Assembly (NCBI GenBank): GCA_023130975.1
Contig: JAGMAD010000006.1
Location: 87,187-151,186 of the forward strand
Source of the DNA: Candidatus Parcubacteria bacterium
GTDB taxonomy: Bacteria; Patescibacteriota; Minisyncoccia; Minisyncoccales; JAGMDC01
DNA length: 64,000 nt
Direction of reading: 5' to 3'
Shown here: one piece after another, positions 1-10,068 of the stretch
How positions within the stretch are numbered: position 1 is the stretch's first letter
Layout: the number at the start of each line of letters is the position of its first letter
Translations under genes and position numbers: made by a program
The notes under the pieces: model-generated
The model's database searches: none
Told to the model about the DNA's origin: nothing
Seen by the model: the letters and a program-made list of their open reading frames with translations, nothing else

Positions 1-330
1 TTTAGCATAGTCAGGATCCATAGCATGTTCGGCATCAATAAAAGCACCCACTCCTCCTCTTTTTTGGGCTTCAGCCAAAATATGCAGTGCCAATGAGGTT
101 TTTCCCGTTGCCTCACCGCCATAAATCTCGATTACTCTTCCTCGGGGAACACCACCTACACCCAAAGCCATATCTAAAGAAATTGAACCAGTAGGAATAA
201 CATCAACATCCACGGCTTCTATGTCTTTTAATTTCATAATCGCACCTTCGCCAAACCGTTGTTTAATCTCATCAACTGCTTCTTCTAAATCCCCCTCTTT
301 CTCTTTTTTTGTTTCTTTTGGTTTAATCAT
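1..330 (-). CDS. recA: RecA recombinase, N-terminal 110 codons (gene runs off the left edge)
   Basis: Not in the ORF track (edge-truncated). Own translation of the minus strand from ATG at 330-328 gives [110 protein letters not shown]. This is the canonical RecA N-terminus with Walker A. Confidence 0.9.
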   Translation of the reverse strand, partial: MIKPKETKKEKEGDLEEAVDEIKQRFGEGAIMKLKDIEAVDVDVIPTGSISLDMALGVGGVPRGRVIEIYGGEATGKTSLALHILAEAQKRGGVGAFIDAEHAMDPDYAK

Positions 331-385
331 GTTTATTTTATAATACTATTCTTTTTATTGTTCGTCAAAAAATCCTAACGAGCAA

Positions 386-535
386 ATTCTAACTTTTAGT
401 GAAAAGTTAAAAGTGAAAAATGAAAAGTTAAAATTTTAAGTTAAAAGTTTAATTTATTAAATTTTTTCTTGAATTCTAACTTTTAACTTTTAATTGTGAC
501 TTTTAACTTCTAACTTTCTACTTTTAACTTATGAT
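386..535. repeat. Intergenic block of AAAAGTT / AACTTTT heptamer words in opposed orientation (imperfect ~50-nt inverted repeat)
   Basis: 401-458 is gtgaaaagttaaaagtgaaaaatgaaaagttaaaattttaagttaaaagtt. 479-531 is aacttttaacttttaattgtgacttttaacttctaactttctacttttaac. The direct repeat aattctaactttta occurs at about 386 and 472. Confidence 0.6.
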
Positions 536-540
536 ATCGG

Positions 541-582
541 TCATTGGTCATTGGTCATTGGTCATTGGGATTTGAGATTTGA
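541..582. repeat. (TCATTGG)x4 followed by (GATTTGA)x2, spanning the ftsK stop codon
   Basis: Read directly from the sequence. On the minus strand CCAATGA units encode ..NDQ and supply the TGA stop at 557-555. Confidence 0.85.
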
Positions 583-2825
583 TCGTTTTCTCTAATGTAT
601 ACTTCCCTGGGCTTTGCTCCTTCTGCTGGTCCAACCACCCCTCTTTCCTCTAAGGTATCTACCAACCGGGCAGCCCGGGCATAACCAAGCCGCAATCTCC
701 GCTGGAGCAAAGAAGCAGAGGCCTTTTTTGACTCAATAACTATTCTCTTTGCTTCCTCATAAAGAGGATCTTCAGTATAAAAACTTTCTTCTTTTTCCAG
801 GACTTCTTCTAAAGGGCTCACTAAATTGGTCTCTGATATTTTTGAGCTACCTTCAGAAATTTCTTTTTCAACTTTCTCTTTTTCTTCTAAGTCATCGCTT
901 GATGGAGCTTCGCTTTTTTTTAACCAATTACTTACCTTTCTAATTTCTTTTTCGGAAATATAAGCATTCTGAATTCTTCTTGGCTTAACAATTTCGGCAG
1001 AAATAAAGAGCATATCTCCAGCACCCAAAAGTTTTTCTGCCCCAGCCATATCTAAAATGGTCCGTGAATCCACCTGGGAAGCAACCTGAAAAGCAATCCG
1101 ACTGGTAATATTGGCTTTAATAAGACCAGTGATTACTTCTACTGACGGTCTTTGAGTAGCTACAATTAAATGAATGCCTACTGCCCGGGACATCTGGGCT
1201 AAACGGACAATTCCGGCTTCCACATCTCTTCCACGAGCAGCCATTACATCAGCTAATTCATCAATAATCAAAACAATATAAGGCAAAGGTTCTAAAATCT
1301 TTTCTTCTGGTTTGGAATCTTGTGCTTGGGACCTGGAATTTCTGGCTATAATCTCATTATAGCCAGTTATATCTCTTGCCTTTATTTCAGATAAAAGGTC
1401 AAATCTCCTTTCCATTTCTGTAATCAGCCATTTCAAAACATTAACTGTTTTTTGAGGAGTTAAAATCACTGGAGACAGAAAATGAGGTAGGCCGTTATAG
1501 ACGGAAAATTCTACCCTTTTGGGATCAACTAAAATAAATCTTAAACTTTCCGGAGAATTGTGATAAAGCAAACTGATAATAATATTGTTAAGACAAATAG
1601 TTTTTCCACTGCCAGTGCTTCCAGCCACTAAAAGATGGGGCATTTTGCCTAAATCAGCAAAAACCGGATTACCAGCCACATCTCTTCCTAAAGTAAAAAT
1701 GAGTTTAGAAGAAAAATCCTGAAACTCTGGCTGTTCTAATAAATTTCTTAATCCTACTCTGGCCCTGCCTCTATTGGGCAGTTCAATCCCTACCAATGAC
1801 CGGCCAGGAATAGGAGCTTCAATTCTGATGGGATGGGCAGCTAAAGCTAAGGATAAATCACTATTTAAAGCAGTTATTTTTGACAATTTTACTCCTTCTG
1901 CTGGTTTAAAAGTATATTGAGTAACCGTTGGCCCGATATTCACTTCTGACATTTCTACCGCAACATCAAAATTTTGAAGAGTTCTCTTAATGATGGCGGA
2001 ATTGACTTTAGTGTCTCCAGAAGTAGGAGAACCCTCGTCTTTGGCTAATAAATTTAAGGGCGGCGGCTGGTAGATTTCTCCTGGAAAAGCAGCAAAAGAT
2101 TTTGTTTCTAATTTAAAAATAGAAGAATTCTTTCTTTCTCTCTCTGGCATAGAAACTTCAAATTTTTCTTGGACTAACTCAGGTTTAGATTCTTTTTTCT
2201 TTAGAATGCTATTAATTATTGATTTTTCTCCCTCGCCCTCCGGAGCTTTAGCGAAGGAGGGTTCTTTTTCTTTTTCCAAAATTTCTTTCTCTTTTTTGAT
2301 AAGACGAGGACTGATTTGCCAAAGAATCAACCCGCCAATAATAATTACTGCTATGAATATAATAGTTGTCCCTAAAACGCCAAATGCTTTCACCAAAGGA
2401 ACTGATGTTAAATAACCCAGCCATCCTCCTTGTTTTACTTCCTCGTCTAAACTCAAAATTCCAAAAACCCCAGATACGCTTATAATTAAAATAATGATCC
2501 CGAAAAAAATAGCTAATTTATTCTTTTTGGTTTTCATTTCTGGCTCATATTTCTGTTTAAAAAAAACTATGCCTCCTAAAACAAAAAGTAAAGGTAGCAG
2601 AAAAAGCGCCTTGCCAATCAATAAGTCAGAAAGCTCCATAAAAACTCTGCCTGCTTTGCCAAATAAATTAAAGAAAGAAAGAGAGACAATTACTGCTCCG
2701 AAGAACATTAAAACCCCATAGATTTTTCTCTTGGTTTCTTCAAGTAAATCAAGCCGAAAAAGAGGCCTCCTTTTCCTTTCTATCGCGGTTTTTTTATTCT
2801 TTTTGTGTTTCTTTTTTTTAGCCAT
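555..2825 (-). CDS. ftsK: DNA translocase FtsK/SpoIIIE
   Basis: 756-aa ORF with N-terminal TM helices, Walker A GSTGSGKT, Walker B VLIIDELAD and a C-terminal winged-helix gamma domain (LLQRRLRLGYARAARLVDTLEERG). Confidence 0.9.
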   Translation of the reverse strand: MAKKKKHKKNKKTAIERKRRPLFRLDLLEETKRKIYGVLMFFGAVIVSLSFFNLFGKAGRVFMELSDLLIGKALFLLPLLFVLGGIVFFKQKYEPEMKTKKNKLAIFFGIIILIISVSGVFGILSLDEEVKQGGWLGYLTSVPLVKAFGVLGTTIIFIAVIIIGGLILWQISPRLIKKEKEILEKEKEPSFAKAPEGEGEKSIINSILKKKESKPELVQEKFEVSMPERERKNSSIFKLETKSFAAFPGEIYQPPPLNLLAKDEGSPTSGDTKVNSAIIKRTLQNFDVAVEMSEVNIGPTVTQYTFKPAEGVKLSKITALNSDLSLALAAHPIRIEAPIPGRSLVGIELPNRGRARVGLRNLLEQPEFQDFSSKLIFTLGRDVAGNPVFADLGKMPHLLVAGSTGSGKTICLNNIIISLLYHNSPESLRFILVDPKRVEFSVYNGLPHFLSPVILTPQKTVNVLKWLITEMERRFDLLSEIKARDITGYNEIIARNSRSQAQDSKPEEKILEPLPYIVLIIDELADVMAARGRDVEAGIVRLAQMSRAVGIHLIVATQRPSVEVITGLIKANITSRIAFQVASQVDSRTILDMAGAEKLLGAGDMLFISAEIVKPRRIQNAYISEKEIRKVSNWLKKSEAPSSDDLEEKEKVEKEISEGSSKISETNLVSPLEEVLEKEESFYTEDPLYEEAKRIVIESKKASASLLQRRLRLGYARAARLVDTLEERGVVGPAEGAKPREVYIRENDQISNPNDQ

Positions 2826-2915
2826 AATATCATCTGTAGTTTATTTTATCACAAAAACCAAATTTCTACAAAAAAACGACTATGGTTTTACAGCCGTCTT
2901 CATTAAAGATTAAAT

Positions 2916-2953
2916 CTGTCACAAATCAGTACGATCGTTCTATTTTGTGACAG
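2916..2953 (-). terminator. Hairpin downstream of rpoC (10-bp stem CTGTCACAAA/TTTGTGACAG)
   Basis: Perfect 10-bp inverted repeat with an 18-nt loop containing the palindrome ACGATCGT. A moderately U-rich tract follows on the minus strand. Confidence 0.45.
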
Positions 2954-2967
2954 TTTAAAGATCGCTC

Positions 2968-5900
2968 CTATTTCTTAAAGCCTGTGCCGGCCGGGATTAG
3001 TTTGCCGATAATAACATTTTCTTTCAGTCCCTTTAATTTATCTTTTTTGCCCTCTAAAGATGCTTTGATTAAAACTCGTGATGTTTCCTGAAAAGAAGCA
3101 GCAGACAAGAAACTGTCTGTGGTCAAAGACACTTTTGAAATTCCAAGTAAGACCTGCTGGGTCTTGATTGGTTTTTTCCCCTCTTTTTTGAGACGAGCAT
3201 TTTCTTCAGCCACTTCTGCCTGCTCTAAAATTTCTCCTTTAAATAAGAAACTCTCTCCTGGATCTTTAATTTTTAAGCGGGAGAACATCTGGCGGACAAT
3301 GATTTCAATGTGTTTATCATGAATAACTGCTCCTTGGGAAGCGTAAATGTTCTGAATCTCTTTGACAATATAGCGCTGGGTCTCTTTAAGTCCAACTAAT
3401 TTAAATAATTCTCTTAAGTCTAAACTTCCTTCGCAAAGCTGCTCTCCTTTTTCAATATTTTCTCCGACTTTTACCCAGACAGCTCTTTTTCCCGGAAGCT
3501 TGTATTCAACAACTTCAGATTCTTCTTTCTTCGTTTTCAATTTTGGGTTTTGGGATTTGGGATTTGTTTGGGATTTGGGATTTGGGATTTGGGATTTTAC
3601 TCTAATTATCCCTTCTGGCGTTATATCGGTTACTTTCCCATCTACTGAAGAAACTAATGCTTTTCCCGAAGGAACCCGGGATTCAAAAACTTCCTCTACT
3701 CGAGGCAGGCCCTGGGTGATGTCGCCAGCGCTTGCTACTCCGCCAGTATGAAAAGTCCTCATAGTAAGCTGGGTGCCCGGCTCTCCAATGGCCTGGGCAG
3801 CTACAATTCCTACGGCCTGTCCTGTCTTGACTAATTTGTTTTTACCAAGATCCCAGCCATAACATTTTCGGCAAATTCCTCTTTTTGACCTACAGCTCAC
3901 TGGAGAACGGACACTTAATTTTTCAATTCCGGCATCAATAATTTCTTTCGCTTTTTCTTGATTAATAATCTCTTCTGTCTTTACGATAGTTTTGCTTTTG
4001 TCTTTTGATTTAAGACCTGGGACTTTGATATCTTCCAGGGCCACCCTTCCAATAATTTTAAAAAGGAAATCTTGATTGGATTCATCAGCGTCTTTTTTAA
4101 AAACAGTAATTCCTGTTTTATCTTTACAATCTTCCTCTGTTATTATTACTTCATGAGCTACATCAATCAACCGTCTGGTAAGATATCCAGCTGTAGAAGT
4201 TCGCAGAGCAGTATCAGTTGTTCCTTTTCTGGCTCCATGAGTAGAAATAAAATACTCTAAAGCATTAAAACCTTCTTTAAAAGAACTCTTCACCGGCAAT
4301 TCAATAATTTGACCAGCCGGGTTAATGACTAAACCTTTCATACCAGACATCTGAACCGGCTGAGCCCAAGAACCCCTGGCTCCAGAATCAACGATAGAGA
4401 AAACCGAGCCCAAGGGAGGCAGGGCCTGGGGAACCAGTTTTTCTATCTGAGATTTAGTTTTTTGCCAAACCTCAATGGTTTTAGCCACTCTTTCTTCTTT
4501 AGACAACAATCCTTTTTTATAGTGTTTATATATTGTTTCTACATCTTTTTCCGCTTCTTTTACCAGGGTTTTCTTTTCTTTAGGAACAATTAAATCATCC
4601 ATCCCCCAAGTAATACCAGACAAGGTTGAATAATTAAAACCCAAGTCCTTAATTTTATCAAGACAACGTCCAACGGTCTCATTATCGTAGCTTTCAATAA
4701 TATTATTAACTATTTTTTCTATTTTTTTTGCATTCACTCCCTCATTAACAAAAGGATAATTATCCGGAAGAGTTATGTTGAAAAGAATTCTTCCTACCGA
4801 TGTTTCTTTTAATTCTCCTTCTTTGAATCTTACTTTTATTTTCGCCCTTAAATCCACTAAGCCGGTATCTTTAGCTAAAATTGCTTCATTTTTAGAACCG
4901 AATATCTTGCCCTGGCCAAGAGCATCTTCCTTTATTTTAGTAATCCAATAACAGCCAAGAACAATATCCTTATTGGGTGTAGATACCGAGGTTCCGGTAG
5001 CTGGTTTTAATAAATTAACAGTAGAAAGCATCAATTCTCTGGCTTCTTTTTGCGACTCATCTGAAAGAGGTAAATGAACTGCCATCTGGTCTCCGTCAAA
5101 ATCAGCATTAAAGGCGCCGCAAACCAAAGGATGAATTCTAATTGCCTCGCCTTCAATAAGAACAGGTTGGAAGGCCTGAATTCCTAAGCGATGCAAAGTA
5201 GGCGCTCGGTTTAATAAAACCAATTTATCTTTGACAACCTCTTCTAAAATAGCCCAGACATCATCTGTTTCATCTTCAATAAGCCGGCTTGCCCCCCTGA
5301 CATTGTAAGCTAATTCTTTATCTAAAATGCCTTTAATAACAAACGGTTTAAAAAGTTCCAGAGCCATTTTTTTAGGCAAACCACACTGGTTGAGTTTTAA
5401 GTCCGGCCCAACCACAATCACTGACCTGCCGGAATAATCTACTCTTTTTCCTAAAAGATTTTGTCTAAACCTGCCTTGCTTTCCTTTAAGCATATCGGCC
5501 AAGGATTTTAAAAGCCGCTGACCACCGGTAGTTGCCTGAGTCATTGTTCCTTTTCTCATTGTATTATCTATCAAAGCATCTACTGCTTCCTGAAGCATTC
5601 TTTTTTCGTTCCTAACAATAACTTCCGGAGCATTAATTTCTAAAAGATATTTTAAGCGATTATTTCTATTAATTACTCTTCGATAAAGGTCATTTAAATC
5701 AGAAGAAGCATATCTCCCTCCGTCTAACTGAACCATTGGTCTTAAATCCGGAGGCAAAACAGGAAGAACTGTTGAAAACATCCATTCAGGACGGATATCT
5801 GCTTCTAACATTTTTTGGAGCATTCTTAATCTTCTCAAAAATTTTCTCCGCAACAGCAAAGAGCTTTCTTTTTTTTCTCTGGGATCATCTTTTTTTTCTC

Positions 5901-6684
5901 TATCTTTTTCGGAACTATCTATACTGCCTTCTTTTGACTTTATCTTTTGAGGATTAGAGAGCATCAAAGATTTGTATTCTTTCTCCAGTTCTTTCACTAT
6001 TTTCTTTAAATCAATCTCCTCAAAAATTTTTCTTAATGTTTCTGCCCCGGTACCGGCTTTAAAAATTTGGCCATATTTTAGAGAAAGATTATGATAATCA
6101 ATTTCAGAAATAATCTTCAGGGGCTTCAGACCTAAAACTTCCTCTCTTGCCCTATCCTTAGCTATCTTTAACTCTTCTTTTTTAACTTTTAACTTTTCAC
6201 TTTTAACTTTTAACTTTTGTTGGTATTCTTTATCAATTTCCTCTAAGACCTTTTTCTTTGCTTCCTCATCAACTTCTGTAATGATATAGGAAGCGAAATA
6301 TATCACTTTTTCCAACTGCTGGACAGGAATATTTAAAACCGTTCCTATCCTGGAAGGAACTCCTCTTAAAAACCAGATGTGAGAAACCGGACAAGCTAAT
6401 GCTATATGACCCATTCTTTCTCTTCTTACTGATGACTTGGTCACTTCTACTCCACATTTATCGCAAACCACTCCTTTGTAACGAATTCTTTTATACTTTC
6501 CACAATAACATTCATAGTCCTTTTGAGGACCAAAAATTCTCTCGCAAAAAAGACCGTCCTTTTCCGCTCTTTGAGTCCGGTAATTTATTGTTTCTGGTTT
6601 GGTTATCTCACCATGAGACCATTTCAAAATCTCCTCTGGCGAAGCCACTTTTATGATAATTGATTCTAAATCAGCAACATGCAT
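2968..6684 (-). CDS. rpoC: RNA polymerase beta' subunit
   Basis: 1238-aa ORF with the N-terminal Zn-ribbon CxC..C..C and the NADFDGD catalytic motif. Beta'-like along its whole length. Confidence 0.97.
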   Translation of the reverse strand: MHVADLESIIIKVASPEEILKWSHGEITKPETINYRTQRAEKDGLFCERIFGPQKDYECYCGKYKRIRYKGVVCDKCGVEVTKSSVRRERMGHIALACPVSHIWFLRGVPSRIGTVLNIPVQQLEKVIYFASYIITEVDEEAKKKVLEEIDKEYQQKLKVKSEKLKVKKEELKIAKDRAREEVLGLKPLKIISEIDYHNLSLKYGQIFKAGTGAETLRKIFEEIDLKKIVKELEKEYKSLMLSNPQKIKSKEGSIDSSEKDREKKDDPREKKESSLLLRRKFLRRLRMLQKMLEADIRPEWMFSTVLPVLPPDLRPMVQLDGGRYASSDLNDLYRRVINRNNRLKYLLEINAPEVIVRNEKRMLQEAVDALIDNTMRKGTMTQATTGGQRLLKSLADMLKGKQGRFRQNLLGKRVDYSGRSVIVVGPDLKLNQCGLPKKMALELFKPFVIKGILDKELAYNVRGASRLIEDETDDVWAILEEVVKDKLVLLNRAPTLHRLGIQAFQPVLIEGEAIRIHPLVCGAFNADFDGDQMAVHLPLSDESQKEARELMLSTVNLLKPATGTSVSTPNKDIVLGCYWITKIKEDALGQGKIFGSKNEAILAKDTGLVDLRAKIKVRFKEGELKETSVGRILFNITLPDNYPFVNEGVNAKKIEKIVNNIIESYDNETVGRCLDKIKDLGFNYSTLSGITWGMDDLIVPKEKKTLVKEAEKDVETIYKHYKKGLLSKEERVAKTIEVWQKTKSQIEKLVPQALPPLGSVFSIVDSGARGSWAQPVQMSGMKGLVINPAGQIIELPVKSSFKEGFNALEYFISTHGARKGTTDTALRTSTAGYLTRRLIDVAHEVIITEEDCKDKTGITVFKKDADESNQDFLFKIIGRVALEDIKVPGLKSKDKSKTIVKTEEIINQEKAKEIIDAGIEKLSVRSPVSCRSKRGICRKCYGWDLGKNKLVKTGQAVGIVAAQAIGEPGTQLTMRTFHTGGVASAGDITQGLPRVEEVFESRVPSGKALVSSVDGKVTDITPEGIIRVKSQIPNPKSQTNPKSQNPKLKTKKEESEVVEYKLPGKRAVWVKVGENIEKGEQLCEGSLDLRELFKLVGLKETQRYIVKEIQNIYASQGAVIHDKHIEIIVRQMFSRLKIKDPGESFLFKGEILEQAEVAEENARLKKEGKKPIKTQQVLLGISKVSLTTDSFLSAASFQETSRVLIKASLEGKKDKLKGLKENVIIGKLIPAGTGFKK
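3541..3597. repeat. GGGATTT heptamer array inside rpoC
   Basis: Sequence is ttttgggttttgggatttgggatttgtttgggatttgggatttgggatttgggatttt. The minus-strand frame reads VKSQIPNPKSQTNPKSQNPK. Confidence 0.9.
6179..6219. repeat. AACTTTT/CACTTTT heptamer array inside rpoC
   Basis: Sequence is ttttaacttttaacttttcacttttaacttttaactttt. It encodes QQKLKVKSEKLKVKK in the rpoC frame and uses the same words as the intergenic tracts at 480-535 and 15253-15287. Confidence 0.85.
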
Positions 6685-6787
6685 AGTAATTAATTTTTAA
6701 TTTTGTAATTTTTAAATAATTTTTAATGTCTAAATTTTTAAACAAGAATAGAAAAAACAAAAAAGTTTAAAAATTAAAAATTAGGAT

Positions 6788-6835
6788 TTAATTACGAAGT
6801 AATCAAGGTTCTTGAACAAAGCGAAAGGTTCTTAT
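6788..6835 (+). repeat. 48-nt element, copy A (TTACGAAGTAA and CAAGGTTCTTG palindromes) in the rpoB-rpoC spacer
   Basis: Copy A is ttaattacgaagtaatcaaggttcttgaacaaagcgaaaggttcttat. Copy B at 44173-44221 shares 28 identical nt, then a 5-6 nt variable patch, then 15 identical nt. Confidence 0.85.
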
Positions 6836-6867
6836 TTATAAAATTAAAAATTAGAAAATTAGAAATT

Positions 6868-9800
6868 TTATTCCTCTTCCTCTGGTTTTTCTTTTATCTC
6901 TATATTAAGCCCCAGAGATTTTAATTCTAAAACCAAAAGGTTAAAAGAAGCCGGAATATTGGGATTTCTAATTTTCTCTCCTTTTAAAATTGCCTCATAA
7001 GCATTAGCCCTGCCCGTGACATCGTCTGATTTTATGGTCAACATTTCCTGTAAAATATGAGCAGAACCATAGCCCTCTAATGCCCAAACTTCCATCTCCC
7101 CAAATCTCTGTCCGCCAAATTGGGCTTTTCCGCCTAATGGCTGCTGGGTAATCAAAGAATAAGGACCGATAGAACGCATGTGGATTTTGTCTTCCACCAT
7201 ATGAATTAATTTCATTAAATAAGAATAGCCAACCGTAATTTTCTCTGGAAAAGGAAAGCCGTTTCTTCCGTCAAATAATTTAAGTTTTCCATTTTCGGGA
7301 AGACCGGCTTTTTTAAACTCTCCTTTAATATCTTCTTCATTGGCTCCAGCTAAAGAAGGAGTAACCGCTAAATAATTCAATTTTTTAGCCACTAATCCTA
7401 AATGGGTTTCCAGTATCTGTCCAATATTCATTCGCGAAGCAACCCCTAAGGGATTTAAAATAACATCAATAGAAGTACCGTCTTCAAGAAAAGGCATTTC
7501 TTCTTCTGGCATAACTTTAGAAATTACGCCCTTGTTTCCATGTCTTCCGGAAAGCTTATCCCCTGCTCCAATTTTGCGAATTTCGGCAACTTCTACCTGA
7601 ATTCTCTTTATAATTCCCGGCTCTAATTTATCTCCTTTTTCTCTGTCAAAAATTTTCACTTCTACCACTCTTCCTTTTTTACCATGTTCCATCCGTAAAG
7701 AGCTGTCTTTGACTTCTTTGGCTTTCTCTCCAAAAATTGCTCTCAATAATCTTTCTTCCGGTGTTAAATCTACTTCTCCTTTGGGAGAAATTTTTCCGAC
7801 TAAAATATCATTGGGACTAACATCAGCTCCAAGCCGAACTATTCCTTCTTCATCTAAATCCTTTAGTTTTTCTAAACCGACATTGGGAATATCTGAAGTA
7901 GTAATTTCCGGACCTAACTTTGTTTCCCTGACGTCGCAGATAAAACTTTCAATATGGATAGAAGTAAAGTAATCATTTTTTACCAATCTTTCTGAAATAA
8001 TAATGGCATCCTCATAGTTCCCTCCTCTCCAGGGCATAAAAGCTACTAAAACGTTTTGACCCAATGCCAAATATCCTCTATTAATAGAACCGCCGTCAGC
8101 CAAAATATCTCCCCTTTTTACTCTTTGTCCTTTTTCAATAACTGGCTTTTGATGTAAGCAAGTATATTGATTAGTTCGGATAAATGTCCGTAAATCATAT
8201 GTTTTTGGTTTCCCGCTTTTTGGTTTTAAAGTTATATGGCAAGCGTCTACTTCTGTTATTATTCCTTCTTCTTCTGCTACTACTGCCTGTCCTGAATCCT
8301 TGGCTACTTTCTCTTCCAAACCAGTAGCAACCAGAGGTAGTTCCGGCTTCACTAAGGGAACTGACTGCCTCTGCATATTAGAACCCATTAATGCCCGGTT
8401 AGCATCATCGTTTTGTAAAAATGGAATAAGAGAAGTGGCCACAGAAATGGACTGCTGGGGAGAGACATCAATAAAATCAATTCTTTCTTTCTTAATTTCG
8501 CCCGGCTGTCCCTGAATTCTCGCCTCAACTATTTGGGGGATAATATTGCCTTTTTCGTCAATAGGCACTCCGGCATGAGCAATGTTAAATTTTTCCTCCT
8601 CATAAGCAGTAAGAAAATGAAGTTCTGAACTAACTTTGCCTTTTTTTATTTTAAAATAAGGGGTTTCAATAAAACCATAAGGATTAATCCTGGCATAGCT
8701 GGATAGATGGCTCACTAAACCGATATTGGCACCTTCTGACGTCTGAATAGGACAAATTCTTCCATAGTGGGAGGGCTGAACATCTCTTACTTCAAAACCA
8801 GCTCTTTCTCTGGTTAAGCCGCCCGGACCAGTAGCAGTCAAAGTTCGCTTATGTTCAAGTTCAGCCAAAGGATTTTCATTATCCATAAATTGGGAAAATT
8901 GACTGGAAGCAAAAAATTCCTTTGTCACGGCCATAAAGGGTTTGGGATTAATAAGTTGAGTTGGAGTCAAAAGAGAAATATCTAAAGTAGACATCCTGTC
9001 TCTTATAATTCTTTCCATCCTCATCATCCCTACTCTTAAACGGTTTTGAAGCAACTCATTTATGGTTCGCACTCTCCGATTTCCTAAATGGTCAATTTGG
9101 TCTGCTTTTGCTTCTGGGTCATTATTTAAACGGATAATTTCTTTGACTACTTCTATTATATCTTCAAGATGCAAGACCCTGTCTTCTACGGTAATATCTT
9201 CTTTGGGATGAATCTTCTGTGCCTTTTTCAATTCTGGCAGACGTTCCAGGGTCTTCCAGCGCCCTACTTTAGATAAATCATATCTATTAAAATTAAAAAA
9301 CATATTTTCAATCAGCTCTTTAGCCGAATCAGAACTGACTAAATCACCAGGTCTTAATCTCTGATAAACTTCCACTGCGGCTTCCGCTTGACTATGGCTA
9401 AGGTCCTTAGCCAAGGTTTTTTCAATATACTTAATCTCTCCTTTATCAACATCTTTAAAAACCTTTTTAATATCTTCGTCTTTTTCTAAACCGAAAGCCC
9501 TTAATAAAGTGGTAGCCGCTACTTTTCTTTTCCGGTCAATTTTAACGCCGATAAAACCAGAGGACTCAGTTCCAAATTCAAGCCAAGCTCCTCTGTTGGG
9601 AATAATCTTTGCCCCAAAATGACTCTTACCGTTTATGTCTTGACTGGTGAAAAAGGCGCCCGGAGAACGGATAAGCTGGGAAATTACCACTCTTTCAACG
9701 CCGTTAACAATAAAAGTTCCTCTTTCAGTCATCAAAGGAAAATCAGACAAAAAAACTTCTTGTTCTTTTGTCTCTTTTGTTTTAAGATTGACCAGTTTTA

Positions 9801-10068
9801 CTTTTACCCTTAAAGAGGCCTCAAAAGAATCATTATTTCGCTTTGCCTCTAAATCGTTTTTGTATTTTGGTTTTGACAATTTATAATCCAAAAACCAGAG
9901 TCCCAGCTCTTTCCCGGTATGGTCGCGAATGGGTGAGACCTCAGAAAAAAGTTCCTTCAAATCCTTTTCCCAGAATTGCTGCCAATTTCTTTGTTGAACT
10001 TCCAATAAATAAAATAAAGGTAAATGGACTTTTGACTTTCCAAAATTTTTAATTTTTATCTCCTCCAT
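6868..10068 (-). CDS. rpoB: RNA polymerase beta subunit
   Basis: 1066-aa ORF, beta-like along its whole length (e.g. ..GEMEVWALEGYGSAHILQEMLT..). Confidence 0.97.
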   Translation of the reverse strand: MEEIKIKNFGKSKVHLPLFYLLEVQQRNWQQFWEKDLKELFSEVSPIRDHTGKELGLWFLDYKLSKPKYKNDLEAKRNNDSFEASLRVKVKLVNLKTKETKEQEVFLSDFPLMTERGTFIVNGVERVVISQLIRSPGAFFTSQDINGKSHFGAKIIPNRGAWLEFGTESSGFIGVKIDRKRKVAATTLLRAFGLEKDEDIKKVFKDVDKGEIKYIEKTLAKDLSHSQAEAAVEVYQRLRPGDLVSSDSAKELIENMFFNFNRYDLSKVGRWKTLERLPELKKAQKIHPKEDITVEDRVLHLEDIIEVVKEIIRLNNDPEAKADQIDHLGNRRVRTINELLQNRLRVGMMRMERIIRDRMSTLDISLLTPTQLINPKPFMAVTKEFFASSQFSQFMDNENPLAELEHKRTLTATGPGGLTRERAGFEVRDVQPSHYGRICPIQTSEGANIGLVSHLSSYARINPYGFIETPYFKIKKGKVSSELHFLTAYEEEKFNIAHAGVPIDEKGNIIPQIVEARIQGQPGEIKKERIDFIDVSPQQSISVATSLIPFLQNDDANRALMGSNMQRQSVPLVKPELPLVATGLEEKVAKDSGQAVVAEEEGIITEVDACHITLKPKSGKPKTYDLRTFIRTNQYTCLHQKPVIEKGQRVKRGDILADGGSINRGYLALGQNVLVAFMPWRGGNYEDAIIISERLVKNDYFTSIHIESFICDVRETKLGPEITTSDIPNVGLEKLKDLDEEGIVRLGADVSPNDILVGKISPKGEVDLTPEERLLRAIFGEKAKEVKDSSLRMEHGKKGRVVEVKIFDREKGDKLEPGIIKRIQVEVAEIRKIGAGDKLSGRHGNKGVISKVMPEEEMPFLEDGTSIDVILNPLGVASRMNIGQILETHLGLVAKKLNYLAVTPSLAGANEEDIKGEFKKAGLPENGKLKLFDGRNGFPFPEKITVGYSYLMKLIHMVEDKIHMRSIGPYSLITQQPLGGKAQFGGQRFGEMEVWALEGYGSAHILQEMLTIKSDDVTGRANAYEAILKGEKIRNPNIPASFNLLVLELKSLGLNIEIKEKPEEEE

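Noticed and set aside
541-582. Heptamer arrays inside or abutting essential genes as classical phase-variation switches
   Set aside because: Single-unit slippage would frameshift rpoC, yebC or tsaE, which is implausible for essential genes. No evidence of length heterogeneity is available from a single sequence. I keep this as an open question, not a claim.
2916-2953. The TGTGACA/TGTCACA half-sites as a CRP/FNR-type operator
   Set aside because: The half-sites face outward and lie ~20 nt apart, not in the TGTGA-N6-TCACA arrangement. Their position right after the rpoC stop fits a terminator hairpin better.
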